From Nymphaea colorata (Eukaryota): a stretch of 64,000 nt of DNA. A model generated the notes under the pieces. That model saw only the letters and a list, made by a program, of their open reading frames with translations, searched no databases and was not told the DNA's origin. Shown here piece after piece: positions 27,741-41,932 of the stretch (within the stretch, counting starts at the first letter, position 1; each line of letters starts with the position of its first letter). A program made the position numbers and the translations under genes. The DNA lies in contig NC_045138.2 of NCBI RefSeq assembly GCF_008831285.2, forward strand, positions 31,434,001-31,498,000. Direction: 5' to 3'.

Positions 27741-30700
27741 AAACGAAGCCAAAATGATTGTTGGCCAGCTTGGCTAATCTACCAAAGACCTTTAACAAAA
27801 GGAGAAAATTTTCATATGCAGAGAAACGAGACCTGTCCAAAGGTAGGTTGCAAAATGGATTCCGGCAGTTAAATACGTCGGAAATGGAGTTAGATTCAGA
27901 TTCAGTACAACAGAAAATGGGAAAACCCTAAAACCAGATACAGGTCAGTGGCAACCCTAGCCAAAGATTTTTATGAGCTTATTTTCGTGGCTTGAGGCCA
28001 GATCTTTATAGCTAATCAGGTCATTAGGTATATCGCTTTTGATAAATTTTAAATGGAGTTGTTAAATAATTGATCAATTAAAACCGAAGCTATTAAAGGG
28101 TGGGCTGAGATGTGTCAAACCGAATTGTTACCTAACCATATAGGTCCCCTGAGCCTTGCTTTTTGAATGATCACTAAGAAGTAAGAAAAGTGAAAAGGGG
28201 CTGAATTCCAGTGAACTCTTGTGAATTCGTTTGAGAAAGTGACAGCGGCGTGTCTTGGTGGGTCATTCTTGAGTCTTGACCCCCCAAGTGAACGGTGGAG
28301 AAATTGTATTCCATGTGAAATGGAACTCAAGTCGTTGTCAATATTAATTTTTAGTGGGTATCCACTATAAGTTTAGCTCAAAAGATTAATCAGTGCCCTT
28401 TAAATCTCAACATGTTCTAACTTTGGAAATATGTTCAAATCGACAGTAAAAAAAAAAAAGTAAGAAACTTTGGTGATTTAGAACTTAGAAACCCATATTT
28501 TCACATCTCAAGTACACGATTTCAAATTCATTTTTTACATATAATTGGAATTTGGTACAAACAAATCTGAAAATGTCAAGGTCCCTATATATATATATAT
28601 ATAAGAAAAATAGAACTTGCCACAAAAAGAGCACCACCATTTTTCACGTTTAATTTTGAATCGAACCTAGTGTCGCTTGCCGCAGAAGAGTCAACTCCCG
28701 GTTCCTTCAAAGATGGGTCCGCCGTTGACCGGAAATCGTGCTCAGTAACTGAGCATTAAGGTCAGTCTTTTATTGCCGAAAACGGAGATTAATGGCTCCC
28801 CACAACTCACTCTCTCATCCCAAAGTGGTCCTCCTCAATAGAGGCACTCCCTTTTGTACTCGCCACTAAAAGCATTTAACGGCAGTAAATGCTAAAGGAG
28901 GAGAGAACACGCAAAAGAAAGAGTGATAAATGGTAAAGGTTGTAAAAGGAATAAAGAGAAAGGCAAAAAAATAAAAAGGAAGCAAAAAAAATGTGGTGGG
29001 CACGCCTTAGCCATTTGCCCTAGTCTATAGAATTTAATATTTAATTAAAAAGCGTATACTTTTAAAATTAAATTAAAAAAAGCAAAAGTGCATCAATTAT
29101 GTGAATATTAGACTTTATAAAACCAGGCTAAGAAAGCCATAAATTTTTAATACGGAAACGATGAGACGTGCCGCGAAACGAGAGACCCAAATTTAAGGCA
29201 TCTTTGGCATTTGCTCTGTTTGCACGATCCAACGGGGGATGGATGATGTACGTGTGGAAATGTATATCAATGTAGATCATCATCATCATCATCATCAATG
29301 GTGCCATAATATCATCATCATCATCATCAGTGGTGCCAGATGCAATGACACCATTTAGCAAGCCGAAATTGATTTCTCCGGCAAGTTGCCGGAAAAACCT
29401 TTCGTTTGCCGCCGGCATTGAATGCCAATTCCAACTTCATTACACAAAATCTTTTGGGTTTGTGTGGGATCTGCTGTTGGAAGTTTTGGGATTTATATAA
29501 TTCTAGGAAAAAAAACGATTTATCAAGTTTTATGTGAACTATGTAACTAGTTGAAACAATGTCTTAGAAGTTCTTTGGAAAAAATCATTTTTATGTTTGT
29601 CACTTTTAATAGGGATGTCAATGCTTCGGACAAAATGAATAGCGGACCGAACCGAACCTTTTTCCGGTGAAAACCTGCGGAGGGGTAGGCCGTCAACCTT
29701 TTGCCAAAAAATCAGACATTAAAAAAAAAGGCCATCATACAAATTAAATAATTTCCAATACAATGAGAACACAAAAAAGAAGCATGTCACAAACTTCAAT
29801 GGCATACGACTTCAAATTTAACATCCAATTAAGAAATCAGATCGGACCAGTCTTGACTGGACACAGCCACAAGAGAAAAAAGAAAGGAAAAACCCAATCT
29901 AATCTCTGTATGTCTTCAGAACAGTCAGCCTGAACCAATCGAGTTCAAAATCCAATTCTGAATCTTAAAATGAACTTTTCGGTTCGAAACCTCAAAGTAA
30001 GATCTGCTTTAATTGGATTAATCTCATAATTTGACTACATTTGTGAATGCGGATCTGAGATCCATGCTGCTGAAATCCGCCGTTTGCTTAAACTGTGAAT
30101 CTCAGATCACTTCCGCTCGAATAAAAGGAAAACAAACATGCCCTAAATAATCTGTGCTTATTATAATGGAGATTATCAGGTTGGTCATCTCTCAAAATAT
30201 GTCCTCCTGGAGTTATTCTTCAATCAAAATGAGGAAACCCTTTTTATATAGTTGGTCAAGCTTCATGTGATGCTATATAACTCCAAATAAAATGGGTCAA
30301 ACACCATAAGTTTGAATTTAATGGGCATAGGGCAGCTGGTTGGGTTAGAGGCTTGTGAAAGTGCACGCCTCTAATTCGATTCTTTCGAGTGTCATGCCTT
30401 TACATCTTAAAGTATGATTAAATTGAAGAGTGCACTATTGCCATCACCGACACTGATGCTGCTCAGGACCCTCTGAAGTAGAGGGAACCTCTCACTCACT
30501 TGAAAGGTTACCTTGTGTCATTGAATTACATCCTTGATTTTCAAGTTGACCAAAGTTTAATTTGAGATTATTTAATATTTTTTGTTAAATTTGTGACTTT
30601 TATTTGGAAAATTATTTAATATTATTACTATTATTATTTGCAAATCCAGCGCTACAAGGCATGATATTTATGTCAGCGCATGAATTTTTTACACTGTTTT

Positions 30701-31205
30701 CCAACTCTCTTTTTTTTTTTCGCCATTGATTTGTCTCCATTAAAGGAACGACTGGGATATAGAAAATTCATGCAATATGAGATCTGGAACATGCAAAAGC
30801 CAAATTTGGTGCGAGTAAAAAATGAAAAATGAACGCGAAAAATATGTGCACGTAGCCAAGCAACAACTCCCAATTAATGCAGGGCGGTCGATCCTCCAAT
30901 GTTATGTGGACACGTGTCAGATAAGGAATGACAGATGTGTCCTCACCGACGGTGGTGATTGACTGGCATAGAGGACTTCTCTTTTACTCAAGGCCACGTT
31001 TGTGTCAAGGATTGTGATACACCAGTTGATCCGAATCCAAAGCGATGGACCCGATCCTATCGGCTATGATGAATACCTAAATCGGACTACCTGTAAAAAT
31101 TTGAATGTAAATTTATATTTTCTTTCATTGGAGTTTTGGGTTGGAGTCCAAGTTTGACATTTAGTAATACTTATATCTGATCCCAATCCAAATCCGATGC
31201 GGGGG

Positions 31206-31207
<2 letters not shown>

Positions 31208-31248
<41 letters not shown>

Positions 31249-31272
31249 TATATATATATATATATATATATA
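31208..31272. repeat. (TA)n microsatellite inside a decayed TGACATCCC-family MITE remnant
   Basis: Long AT run; flanks rich in ATCCGA/TCGGA motifs and ending in TGACATCCC near 31301. Confidence 0.85.
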
Positions 31273-31915
31273 ATGTCATTTTATTTAAGGACTGGAAATC
31301 TGACATCCCCTCTCAAAAAAAAAAAAAAAAGCTTAAATATGAGGTTCTAGCCACACACTGGAGATCTCGAATCTCAATGTTTACATGGTAATGTGAAATC
31401 TCACGGTCATACCTTAGGAGTGTCACATAAAAGGGATTTTAAATCAGCCTTATATCCGAGATCTAAGGCTACCAAACGCACCTTTAATTTCTAACACCAG
31501 AAATTGTATTTGAAATGTAAGATTTACTTACATCTTTGGTAGCATAAGACTATGTGGCTAGGTATTAAGAGCGTACATCTACGTAAAATTGTGTCGATGA
31601 GATTTTATATATATAAAATGTTGATAAGAGTTAGATTTTAAAACCATGCTTTGTTGTCATAATTTCCAAAGTTAAAATCTGTCATGTCATGAAATTTGGT
31701 GCATTGTGAGCTGGTGGTCTGTTCCAAGCCATCTTCTTTATTCAAAGAAACTGGAATGTGAATCATTTGATAAAAAAAAAAAATTGTTCGCCAGTACGTC
31801 CAATTAATCCTCACGAGAGAGAGAGAGAGAGAGAGTTGCACTTGATTGGATCAATCATCCAAAGTATATAATATATTGTGAGAGAGAGCGTGCACATTTT
31901 ATATATAAATATATA

Positions 31916-32135
31916 GTGAGTGAATGGTGACTCTATCTAACCAATCACTAAAGGCCATCCAATCTATAGTGGTAGATGGTTAAAAGAAAATTGAGAGAAA
32001 AACATGTGAACTAATAATATATGATGTAATACCAAATACATTTTTTCCTTGTTTTTTCTCACTCGTCCGTTACAATAGATTGGACGGCCCTTGTGGCTTT
32101 AGATAGCCAGAATCACTAATTAATTTTTCTACTTT
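31916..32135. mobile_element. (TA)n-flanked fold-back MITE, copy 1
   Basis: TA runs on both sides; internal inverted arms GGCCATCCAATCTAT / ATAGATTGGACGGCC; begins GTGAGTGAATG like copy 2 at ~35565. Confidence 0.6.
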
Positions 32136-33608
32136 TATATATATATATATATATATGTATGTTGTCGGTAGAGCATGCTTTTAATAGGATAGGATAGGAA
32201 AGGAGCGACCGTTTTGTGTTTGGACCACTTTTTCCTGCCCCGAGTATCAAAACCAACAATCTCATACAAAAAACCGAAGCAAGAAATATGAAAGCTTTAT
32301 AGAGAGAGAAATAGAGAGAGAGATTCATGAAACAAATAAATAACTGTGTTTCTTCTTAGGTTTTCAATTCATGAGAAAACCTAAAAGAATATTAATTAAA
32401 AAAAGTAACTGTGTTTTCAGTTGGTTTTTTGTGTCACTAAGGAAGCGTGAGAGAGAATTCTTGAAGCAAAATGCATAACTTGTTTTCACGTTAAAATCTC
32501 GCATTTTCAGACTGTGATTTTCCTAAACTTGAGTGCTCACATTTTTTGCACAAAGGTCAGACTAAGTTCCAAACGATGAAAAGCCAAATTTATGTTCCCT
32601 AACAGCTAGCCGGGCGCTTTCTTTGAGCCAACCCAGATCATATTTCATCGAGAAAATAACCTATGGTTTATCAACCTCGAGAAAATATTTTTATTTTTCC
32701 TAGGTCTTAAATCTAGGAAATTTTGATACTTGGAAACATCGAGATGAGAACGTTTGTATTATATATTAAATCATTTTGGTTCATTTGAAAGTTTCCATAG
32801 AATGAGGTGTTGCTTATTCCTTGTAGCAGATCTCTAAGTATCAGGTATGCATTTTTGTCCACATTTACCAACTCATAGATTACCTAGCCATAGATATTTA
32901 TACCTTCCAAACTTTTATATATATATGTGTGTGTGTATGAGATAGAGAGAGAAAGAGAGAGAGAGAAAAGTATTTCATCCTACAACCTAGATAAAAACTA
33001 GAGGCCTTTTGATCCTTCTCTTCCCCTTCCTCTTGCCCCCATGATCCAGTCTGCATCGCCTGGTATAAGCTCAATGGATCTTAGCTGGTATAATTCTCTA
33101 ACCTCATTGGCGCAGAGGCATGGTGCCCATGAGAAACAGACTAATGATGCAGTTTTTATTGGCAGCAGCTCGACCAGATATGCTATGTCCCTTATAGTGA
33201 CAATTTCAGAGAAAAGTAAGGAGAATGAACATTAACTAAAGCAATATGGTTCTGGGGTTCAGCATCTGAAATGTTAAGCAAGAGTAGGTGAAAGTAGAAG
33301 AAGGAAAGCAATCTTTTAGAAGGACAAATGAATTTCTTGGTAACTATGATCCTAATTACCCGAGCTTTCTTGGGATCACGCTCCACATCAATGATATTCA
33401 CTGCTCTCTCTCTCTCTCTACTTTCCACATATTCTACATAAGAAAGGGCAACAATTAATGGATGGGTACCTCAAAATAATATGCTTTTATCACTCACCAT
33501 TTAATGGTAGCTCGTGCACTGGCCATATCAGCCGGTATAGATCGGCTCATCTTAAATTGTTTCACAATTTAAAAGATGTAAGTAAGAATACTTCTTGTTC
33601 ACTCACAG

Positions 33609-33703
33609 CCATAGTGTTCTCTCTCTCTCTCTCATCATCTCTGTGATTCACAGAATCACAGAGATGATGAGAGAGAGAGAGAGAGAGAGAGACAACACTG
33701 TGG
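33609..33703. repeat. Near-perfect palindrome (32-bp perfect arms, 3-nt spacer)
   Basis: TCTCTCTCTCTCTCTCATCATCTCTGTGATTC-ACA-GAATCACAGAGATGATGAGAGAGAGAGAGAGA, with outer arms CCATAGTGTT / AACACTGTGG. Confidence 0.9.
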
Positions 33704-35563
33704 GTTTGAAATGTTGGTTTGAAAGACTCTAATTTAATAACTCTCATGCCATTGGCAGCATCAATATATAAAAATAATCAAATATTTAGAGAATGATATG
33801 AAAACAAAGATATTTTGTGGGGCTCTTCCATGTGCCATTGCCCTTAGAGCAAGTATATTGACGGCAGCTCTTCACCCACTTCATCACCTATTTGGTGTCC
33901 TTGTATGGCGCCTTCCTTCAAGTAGGATTCCCATTGTCTCATAATCGTATTAATTCACCAACTGGAACATAAATGTCTTGGAGGGTGTTTGGATGACACT
34001 TCAAAATTAAGTTTTGGGGTGTTTAAGTGCCAAGAAAACTTGGTTTGAGCATTTTTTACCAAACCTAGTTTTGTAAAAGGGAATGAAAAACCTGACCCTC
34101 CTCGGTTAACTCAAATGCACCTCATAAATAACACAAGTTGAAAGGATATGGTGAAATTTGTTCTCAAGGAGTCGGCACAATGGATGAGATAGGGGCTGAT
34201 AGGCGACTAATATCTGCCAATTATCTGTGTTGTAAGAGGAGAACCATCGGTATGTAAGTTGAAGCACGATGAGGGCGGCACTATGAGACACCGAAAGTAA
34301 ACACTATACCCTAGGGGGATGTAGGGTTGGGTGAAGAATGTGGCTTTCAGCTGAGCAGTGGGTCTCGCCCGCTCACCCGAAAAAAGACATGGTGAAAGTT
34401 GATAGCGACAGACATATTTTACCCCTGCAAGGTGCCCTCCAGTTGCAATCGGGACTCGATGGTCATTTTACACTTGCGAGCGCGTCGGCAAGTGCGGCAG
34501 TTTCTCACAGTTGTCCGAAATAAAATATGTAGTCACAAATTGTTGTACAAAATTTTGTTCCAATTATTTGGAAGATCTACTCTGGGACTTTCCTGTAAAC
34601 AGTCTTGCCAGCCATGTCAGAATTATCAGTAAATCTACATGCAGAGTTGTGCTAGAATATTTAATACTGTAACATTGGAAAGAAAAAAAATTAAAGCTCT
34701 AATGTAGATTGAATTTTGTAGGCCAACAAACCTAGGTTTCAAATCATGTAAGATACACATAAGGATTCAAATCTGCTTGATGGATAAAAATTTTAAAACA
34801 TGTGGCTGAAAGCAAACTGTCATCATGCTCTTGTGATTTTTTTTAGCGACAGATTTTTAATTTTTAACTATTCGACATTCGACAGATAGATCAAACAGAC
34901 AATATAAAAGCAACATCATAATTTACTTGAACTGTTGCTCTGAAACTACATATAACATATGATTTAGGCAATTGCTAGGGTTACTAATTGCAGACTTAAA
35001 CTGCTTGAATCCGGGGAAATCCAAGAACAATATTTGAAAACCATATAAATGGTGATGCAAACAGATTGGACCCAGGACGGCGGAATATGTTAGAACCGTA
35101 TAAACAGTATAAATTTAGAGACAAAATGACAAAAGGATCATATGATCGGATTCGATCCATGGTCCAGAATCCACTAAAAGTGTCGGCAGACAAAAAAAAT
35201 TTGTTACTAGAACTTTTGGGCAAATTACCAAAAACAAAAAACAGACAAAACAGAAGAGAAGATTTATTCTGATCAAGATTTAATGCAGTACTGAAGTTGT
35301 TTCTACTCCCTGCATATGGTCTGTCTCTAATTTCTCATGTACTCCTGCATATGGTCTGCCCATTTTCAACAAGTTGTACTTTCACCAAAAACCTCAAACC
35401 GACGACTGTTTGGTTTGGATCTGAAATTTGGTGTCTACGTCTGATCTTTAATTGCTTTTAACACACACATAACTTCTCGATCTCTCTTTCTTCTTATTAA
35501 ATCTTCACTAATGAAGATTCAAGAGATAATAAGAATGGTAGAAGTTATATATATATATATATA

Positions 35564-35787
35564 TGAGTGAGTGAATGATGCTGACTGTCCGAGTCAGCCA
35601 ACCAATTGATTAGTGTCGTTCATCTGAAGCAGATAGATGGTTGAGAGAAAAACAATGAAAAAAAAAAAGAACTAATACTACATAACGAAAATGTCTATTA
35701 CATTTTTCTCTTGGCTATCTATCATGTTGATTAGATAACTGGGTAACTCTGAAAAGCTAGAGTCACAATTTAATTTTTTTTGTTTCT

Positions 35788-35790
<3 letters not shown>
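35564..35790. mobile_element. (TA)n-flanked MITE, copy 2
   Basis: Between TA runs at ~35546-35563 and 35791-35855; shares GTGAGTGAATG, AACCAAT, TAGATGGTT, TTGAGAGAAAAACA, GAACTAATA and TACATTTTT with copy 1. Confidence 0.55.

Positions 35791-35855
<65 letters not shown>
35791..35855. repeat. (TA)n microsatellite
   Basis: Long uninterrupted TA run. Confidence 0.95.
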
Positions 35856-35858
<3 letters not shown>

Positions 35859-38800
35859 ATTACAGATTTACAAAGGAAGGACAAAGGTTAAAATGGAGGA
35901 GATGAAACCATGTGAAGATTTTAAATTTGTACAATGAAATAAGATTTTAGATTTGTACAATGAAATTTATACCGTACTTCAAATCTTTGACAATCAAAAC
36001 TTACTATTGAGTGATGAAAGGCAATACCCAAAAGACAAAAATGTACAATGAGAAGAATCTCTCCGTGCTTGCATTATATGGAGACATGGCATTTATTATA
36101 AGCTGTATGCCAACGATCGGTAGGTGAAATCATACATACCTAGCTACCAATTACAGTAAACAATAAAAAAACAAAGACGCCATTTTATATCAGATTTTAG
36201 ATAATGCAATCAAGGAGCCAAGCTGTTCTTCTTGAATAAGATGTCACATCGAGAAAATGTGGTGATCGTTTCATGAACATGAAGAAGTGTTCAATCTTTG
36301 GGTTTCACTTGGGAAAAATGGGAGGGTGAAGTGGATGAATGAGAGCAGAGGAGTCGTACTGCGTGGTCATTCAGGGGATAGGCCTTGATTATGAGGTACC
36401 AGTATGCGCTGTCTTGCCTTGAAGTTGAAGCTCTCTAGAGAATGAGGAGCATCTCAACCTATGCCTTCTTACTATTTTGTCGGTGATGTGTATGTGTGTG
36501 CGCGCATGAGTTTGTGTGTGTGAGCGCATGTGTTTGTGTGTGTATGTGTTAGAAAGAGAGAGAGCTCGTACCCATTCCTCTACTAAGGCTCAACCCCGGA
36601 AAGTAGTGTCCGACTAGTTACGCTGCACTCTTTAGGGCCCCGGGGGAAGAGAGAGAGAGAGAATTAACGATACTACTACGCTAAAATGCATAATTGATTA
36701 GAATTATATGAGTAAACAAGGAATAATAAGATCTAGAATAAAATGAGGAACTAATTTAATTTGGTTCGAATTTGGACTGAACATAGCAACGTTGTCTAAT
36801 TTGTGTGCAGTTGAGAGGCGTAAGTTGGTGCAGTTAGCAAGATAACAAACCATATATAATCAAGATCCGTTCAACTACTGCGAAGAGGTACTTCATTTGC
36901 TACCATCTCCTTCACAGTTTGTGATCTGAAAAGCAAGATTAAGATGCTGATCTTTCATAACGAGCAGATAGTTAGATCTTTCATTACCATAATGTACATG
37001 CAATAATCATCGAAGACTATTTGTTTACTGTTGCTAACGATGTTAATATATCCGATTTGAGACAAAGTGTAGGCTATCTTACTGTTTGGGGTTTACATAA
37101 ATACATAGTTATTATAATTAATTGCAATTGAATTGGATTGATACTGATTCTTCATGTATGAATTTGATTGATTTTCTTCTTATTACATTAAGGTAAAGCA
37201 GTTGGAGATCCAAAGAATAATCCCATTAAGAAATCATATTAGATTCATATTTAACAAATGCTATCTGATCAAATTCAGATATATATATATATATATATAT
37301 TCAATGCTTTTATATTGGCCAGATTGGGTTCAAAATTTGAATTCGAATGTAAATATAAAAATCGGATTTCGATTGTAAAATCATATCTCAGATTCAGATA
37401 TGATTTTTTTTTTTTACATATGTATTTGAATCTACATATGTGAATCTCTAAAGGGTGAACACGATAAAAATATACCCGATTTGAATTTGATCTATAGACA
37501 TCCCTAAATGTTGAAAAGACTGGATAAATATTTTGCATGCATAATTGGGTGAGGAATTTATTCACTGCCGTGTTGATAATTGCAGTGTGTCGAGTCGGAG
37601 CAATAAATGGCAATCTGTGTAGGTTGCACGATGGCAGTTGCCATACCTAACAGTGTATACATATTAAATCCCAGCAAGCCAATAATTCATCTGCCCGTCT
37701 TGCCAGTGATGTTTCTTTTCAGGAATGTCTTGCCACACAAATTAGTTGGTACCCGAAAAAAAAAACTACTTCTCTTCATGGGCAATTCCTGCTTACCAGA
37801 AATCGGTTCTTGGGATGATGACCATTCACTATTTCTTTAATATCCTCTTTTACTTTCAACTTTTCAATCTCTTCATTCAAATCTTTGAGAAGATTATATT
37901 TGAATTTCTTTGTAAATTTTTTGGGATAATACTCATTTTCATTGTTGTAAAATTTGTTGTTTCTCAGATGAATTTAAAATATCTGAAGTTAACTTTTTTT
38001 TTTTTAATTCATAAAGTATCTAATGATAAGTGATACTTGCTCATATGTTGAATTTATGAACAAATCGTCATGGCTCTCATACCAGTTTTTACAATATTGG
38101 ATGTATGATTGAGTAACATATCTGATTTATTGGATGTACGCATTTGGATTTGAATTCGTATTTGAATCTGGACGAAGAAAGTCTATATATACAACATGCA
38201 AATCCAACTTCTAAATTTACAATATAAATCCAACTTTTATTTTCACATTGAAATCCAAATCCAATCTGAGATTTAAATGCCCAACAGAACCAAACTACAC
38301 CATAATATGTTAAGCACCAATTGCTAAAATATACAAATATTGGATCTAAGATATTTATTTGAAAGTAAATCTAAAACAAAATTTGAATCCAGTTGGATAT
38401 TTGATTAAAGCTGAATTTGAGTCTTTGTCATTCCTTAAATCTGAATTCGATTAGATTTCTTAGCGAATATTTATCTTTTTTTTTCTATATCGGTCCTTCT
38501 TAAAGCATTTCGGTGAGATATCCAATCCATTAACATCCCTGTTGTTGAAGCATCAGATTTTGACCTGGACTGCTATAAGACTGACGCGGAGTAGGAGATG
38601 GCTACCAGATTTTTTTACAGTAAAGGACAACCAGAGCAGCACACAGCAAGCCTGTCATTAACTTCAGAGTATCAAGCAAGTAATAATGCGTACAAAAGTT
38701 CGGTGCTTTTCATTTGTCCATCAAAATGAAAGGAGAAACTTTCGATCATTTGAATCATTTCAGCAATTTGAATTCGAACAACTTCCATTGCTCTACATGT

Positions 38801-39265
38801 TAAATGGACAATGAAAACCCTACTGCTAAACGCCAAACCTTCTTCACATGTAAGGCTTCGAAAAGGCTCTCATCTTTTCGTGGCTGTCTTGTTTGTCTCA
38901 TGCCATAGATGAATTTGGTTCTGAAATGGCAAATGGCATCTCCCATCTTAATAAAGAAAAAGATGTCTCAACTATTCGAAAAGAAAGATGATCCAAAATC
39001 TTGTCATCAAGTGTCTCCACATGCATCAATAGACACAGCATTATGTTGTCAGTATCTGAGAACCGATGCGATGATTGGTGTTAGTTGAACTACTGCAAAC
39101 TTGCTTAGTATGGTTCTTAATGAATTGAGCTTTGAAACTGATTAATCCAACAACTTCAATGGTGCAATACTATTTGTTGTCAAATAAAAGTTCTCTTGCC
39201 ATAGAAAGAATGCAATTTTCCGTTGGGATGGCCAAAGGCACACGTAGGTTTTTATAGGTTAGTGT

Positions 39266-39485
39266 CAGTAGCGGAGCTACCTTGCAGCTGGCGTGGGCAA
39301 CTGCCCACCCTAGCTTGAGTAAACCCTTGCAAAAGTTTTACTATGATAATGCAGGACACAAGCCTCGCCATATATGGTGTCCACACTAGATTTAGGCCAC
39401 TGTTTTGTAGCCCAGCATGCACCCAACTCATTGCAATAATAAGATAGTTCAGTAACCTTAGCTAAAAATTCCTGGCTTCGCCATG
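39266..39485 (+). mobile_element. MITE with imperfect CAGTRGCGGAGC-type TIRs
   Basis: 5' CAGTAGCGGAGCTA, 3' TGGCTTCGCCATG; target duplication not clean. Confidence 0.5.
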
Positions 39486-39639
39486 TTACGGAATCTGAGA
39501 TTATTAATATGGCTTTAACTTGGTTTATAACTTTATATATATGAGTCTGTACATTAGTGTTTGTTTTTAACATAATCAAAATCCAGACTAAACTCATAAT
39601 ATCAATGGATGAAGAACATAATTCTCATGGTGGGCATAT

Positions 39640-40425
39640 ATAGACATACTAGAAAGCCATCTGATCCCACAACACTGTCTTTATCTAAGCTTATAACTGC
39701 ATTGGACATCTCTTCTTTTATGACAGGTAGAAGAAGGTGATTATTCTCTTCATCTATAACCATATCACCATCATCTATACCTTCAAAAACATCATTGTAC
39801 ACATTATCTTCCTTCAATAGCCCACTAATATCTACTTGTTCAAAGTCTATAGTCATAAATAACATTTCAGAGTTTTAAACGACTAGGTTTTTCTCGAGTA
39901 TAATACAGAGAGTTTGAAAAAAATGAAAAAAATACGATAAATTTTTAAAAAAATTTAAAAACAAAAATAAAAAAAATAAAATAATTGAGAAACTAATAAT
40001 ACAAATATCAAAAGTTAAGTAGACATGCAAAAGATAAAAAATAGAAAGTGAAAAAAAAAATGTTTGGTATTAAGAAAAACAAAAAAAGTGATGAAAAAAC
40101 AAGAAAAACGTGTTTTTTTCGTTTTTAACTTGTTTTAAAGTTTTAAAGGGCCATTTAATTTATCACATTTTTAAAAAAAAATGTATTTTCTGTGACTATG
40201 GTTCAAACCAATTTATGTAGTAATTTGACTATTTTTTCATTAAGATTGCCCAAAAAAAATTTCATTCCATTGCAGGAGAGTATCTTTGACGAAGCCTAAT
40301 TTTTTAAGGAACTTTAGCATCAAGCATCTGGTAATCTATCTTCGCCATGCACTTCTTAACAAGCTCCTTGTGGTCCAATGTCTATTATCTACCAGATTTG
40401 AAGCGTATGAAGGTTCTCTGTGAGG
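39640..40425 (-). mobile_element. Decayed LINE (L1-like) ORF2 fragments, interrupted by an AT-rich insertion at ~39848-40200
   Basis: Minus strand gives LLRSAW...MLKFLKKLGFVKDTLLQWNEIFFGNLNEKIVKL (endonuclease-RT linker pattern KKLK..K..L..WN..FGN, with a stop and frameshift), then downstream LLLPVIKEEMSNAVISLDKDSVVGSDGF (pre-RT EEI..AV..L...K.PGPDGF pattern), in the expected order. Confidence 0.65.
39848..40200. mobile_element. AT-rich MITE-like insertion into the LINE remnant
   Basis: Termini TATAGTCATA / TGTGACTATG form an imperfect inverted repeat; GTTCAAA lies near both flanks (39838-39844, 40201-40207). Confidence 0.5.
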
Positions 40426-40629
40426 AAAAGATCCACCAGCTAGCTACTTAGAAGTGTCTCCTCCAAATTCATTGCCCTAGTGGATCGGACATTTGAACGA
40501 TGAATCTGCTTTTTTTCTTAAGGCATGAAAGCAACACAAAATTTGTATTGACTTGTTCGGGTCACCAAGGAGTACACTAGACAAGAGTACCACACACTAG
40601 ACAAGAGTACCACATCGGCCCCAACCACC

Positions 40630-40932
40630 TAAGCCTGGGCATCAGGCCAGCCCGGTCTGATAATGAGTCGGGCCCGGGCCCGGGCTCGAACCGACTTGGA
40701 AATCCCGAGCCCGGTTCGATTATATTTTTAAATAAAAAAATATATAAATATACTTAATCATAATAAAATATTATAAATATATATATAAATTAATAATCTT
40801 TTTAAAAAAACTCATTATCGGACCCGGGCTTATCGGGCCAGCCCGGGTTCCTTTTTTCATAGCCCGGGATCAGGCCCGATTCACGCCGAGTACCGGGTAC
40901 CCAGCGGCGGCTCGGCCGGGTGCCCAGGCTTA
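40630..40932. mobile_element. hAT-type MITE (303 bp)
   Basis: Perfect 12-bp TIR TAAGCCTGGGCA / TGCCCAGGCTTA; 8-bp flanks CAACCACC / CCACCACC (one mismatch); GCCCG/CGGGC subterminal motifs around an AT-rich core. Confidence 0.88.
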
Positions 40933-41726
40933 CCACCACCCCATGACACGTGCAATTGGCGCTTAACTAGGAAGATGACTTGTAAACACCACCAAGTTGA
41001 TGGCAAGAATTCAAAACCAGTGGGTTTGTTCTTGCTGCAAGGCTAAAAATGCAAAAGAATGCAGAATTAGTGGCTATAGATATATATTCACAGTGTTAAA
41101 ATTTCAGCTGGCATTCAAGTTAGAATATTAACATCCAGACAATTAACAATGCCAATAAGTTTCAATATTGTAGAGTTATAACAAGTGAGAATAGAAGAAA
41201 AAACGTATATTTGGAGTAGAAATTAGTGCCATTGATTGGTTCAAGGACTGCCATTTTCTCGAAAAGGATTGAGTGAAAGCAGATTTTACAAAAGCCATCT
41301 TGGCAATTTGAAAAACCCTCTAAATTACCATGAAATTCTAAAGGAAAGAAGGAAGGCTTATTAATGAAGACATCTTCTGAAACCAGCATATTTAGCTAAG
41401 GGAAGAGAAGGAAAAAGAAAAAAAAAATTAGAAAAATCACTCAATTGTTAGTGCATTTACACAAAACTGCCTAAAAATTTGAAAATTGCAAGTAATGGCT
41501 TAATTTTATAAAAAACAACAAAGACATGCTTTCTAAATGCAAAAAAAAATTATATTTTAGAAGATCGCAACAATCCACTTATGAGATAAATATATTTAAG
41601 ATTGAGGTAAATTGCATGCAGCCGATTATCAGATCTCGTTTATAGAAAAAAAAAATTATATATATAGACTGATGTGGTTACATTGTATCTCCACAGCCAT
41701 ATGATCAGTGTTTTTACAGAATTTAA

Positions 41727-41932
41727 GTTGTAATTTGATTATTTTTTCATTAAGATTGCCCAAAAAATTTTCATTCCATTGCAGGAGAGCATCTTTGACC
41801 AAGCCTAATTTTTTAAGGAACTTCAGCATCAGGCATCTCGTAACCTATCTTTGCCATGCATTTCTTAGCATGCTCCTTGTGGTCAATGTGTATTATCTAC
41901 CAGATTTGAAGCGTATGAAGGTGCTTTGTGAG
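41727..41932 (-). mobile_element. Second copy of the LINE linker fragment (direct repeat of ~40218-40424)
   Basis: Long shared stretches, e.g. ATTTTTTCATTAAGATTGCCCAAAAAA, TTCATTCCATTGCAGGAGAG and TATTATCTACCAGATTTGAAGCGTATGAAGGT. Confidence 0.75.

Noticed and set aside
29265..29345. miRNA precursor in the (ATC)n region
   Set aside because: Two direct copies of (ATC)n-ARTGGTGCCA, not an inverted repeat.
30323..30400. tRNA gene or tRNA-derived SINE (A-box-like TAGGGCAGCTGGT, B-box-like AATTCGATTC)
   Set aside because: No cloverleaf could be built, boxes are degenerate, and no tail or TSD was seen; at most an old SINE remnant.
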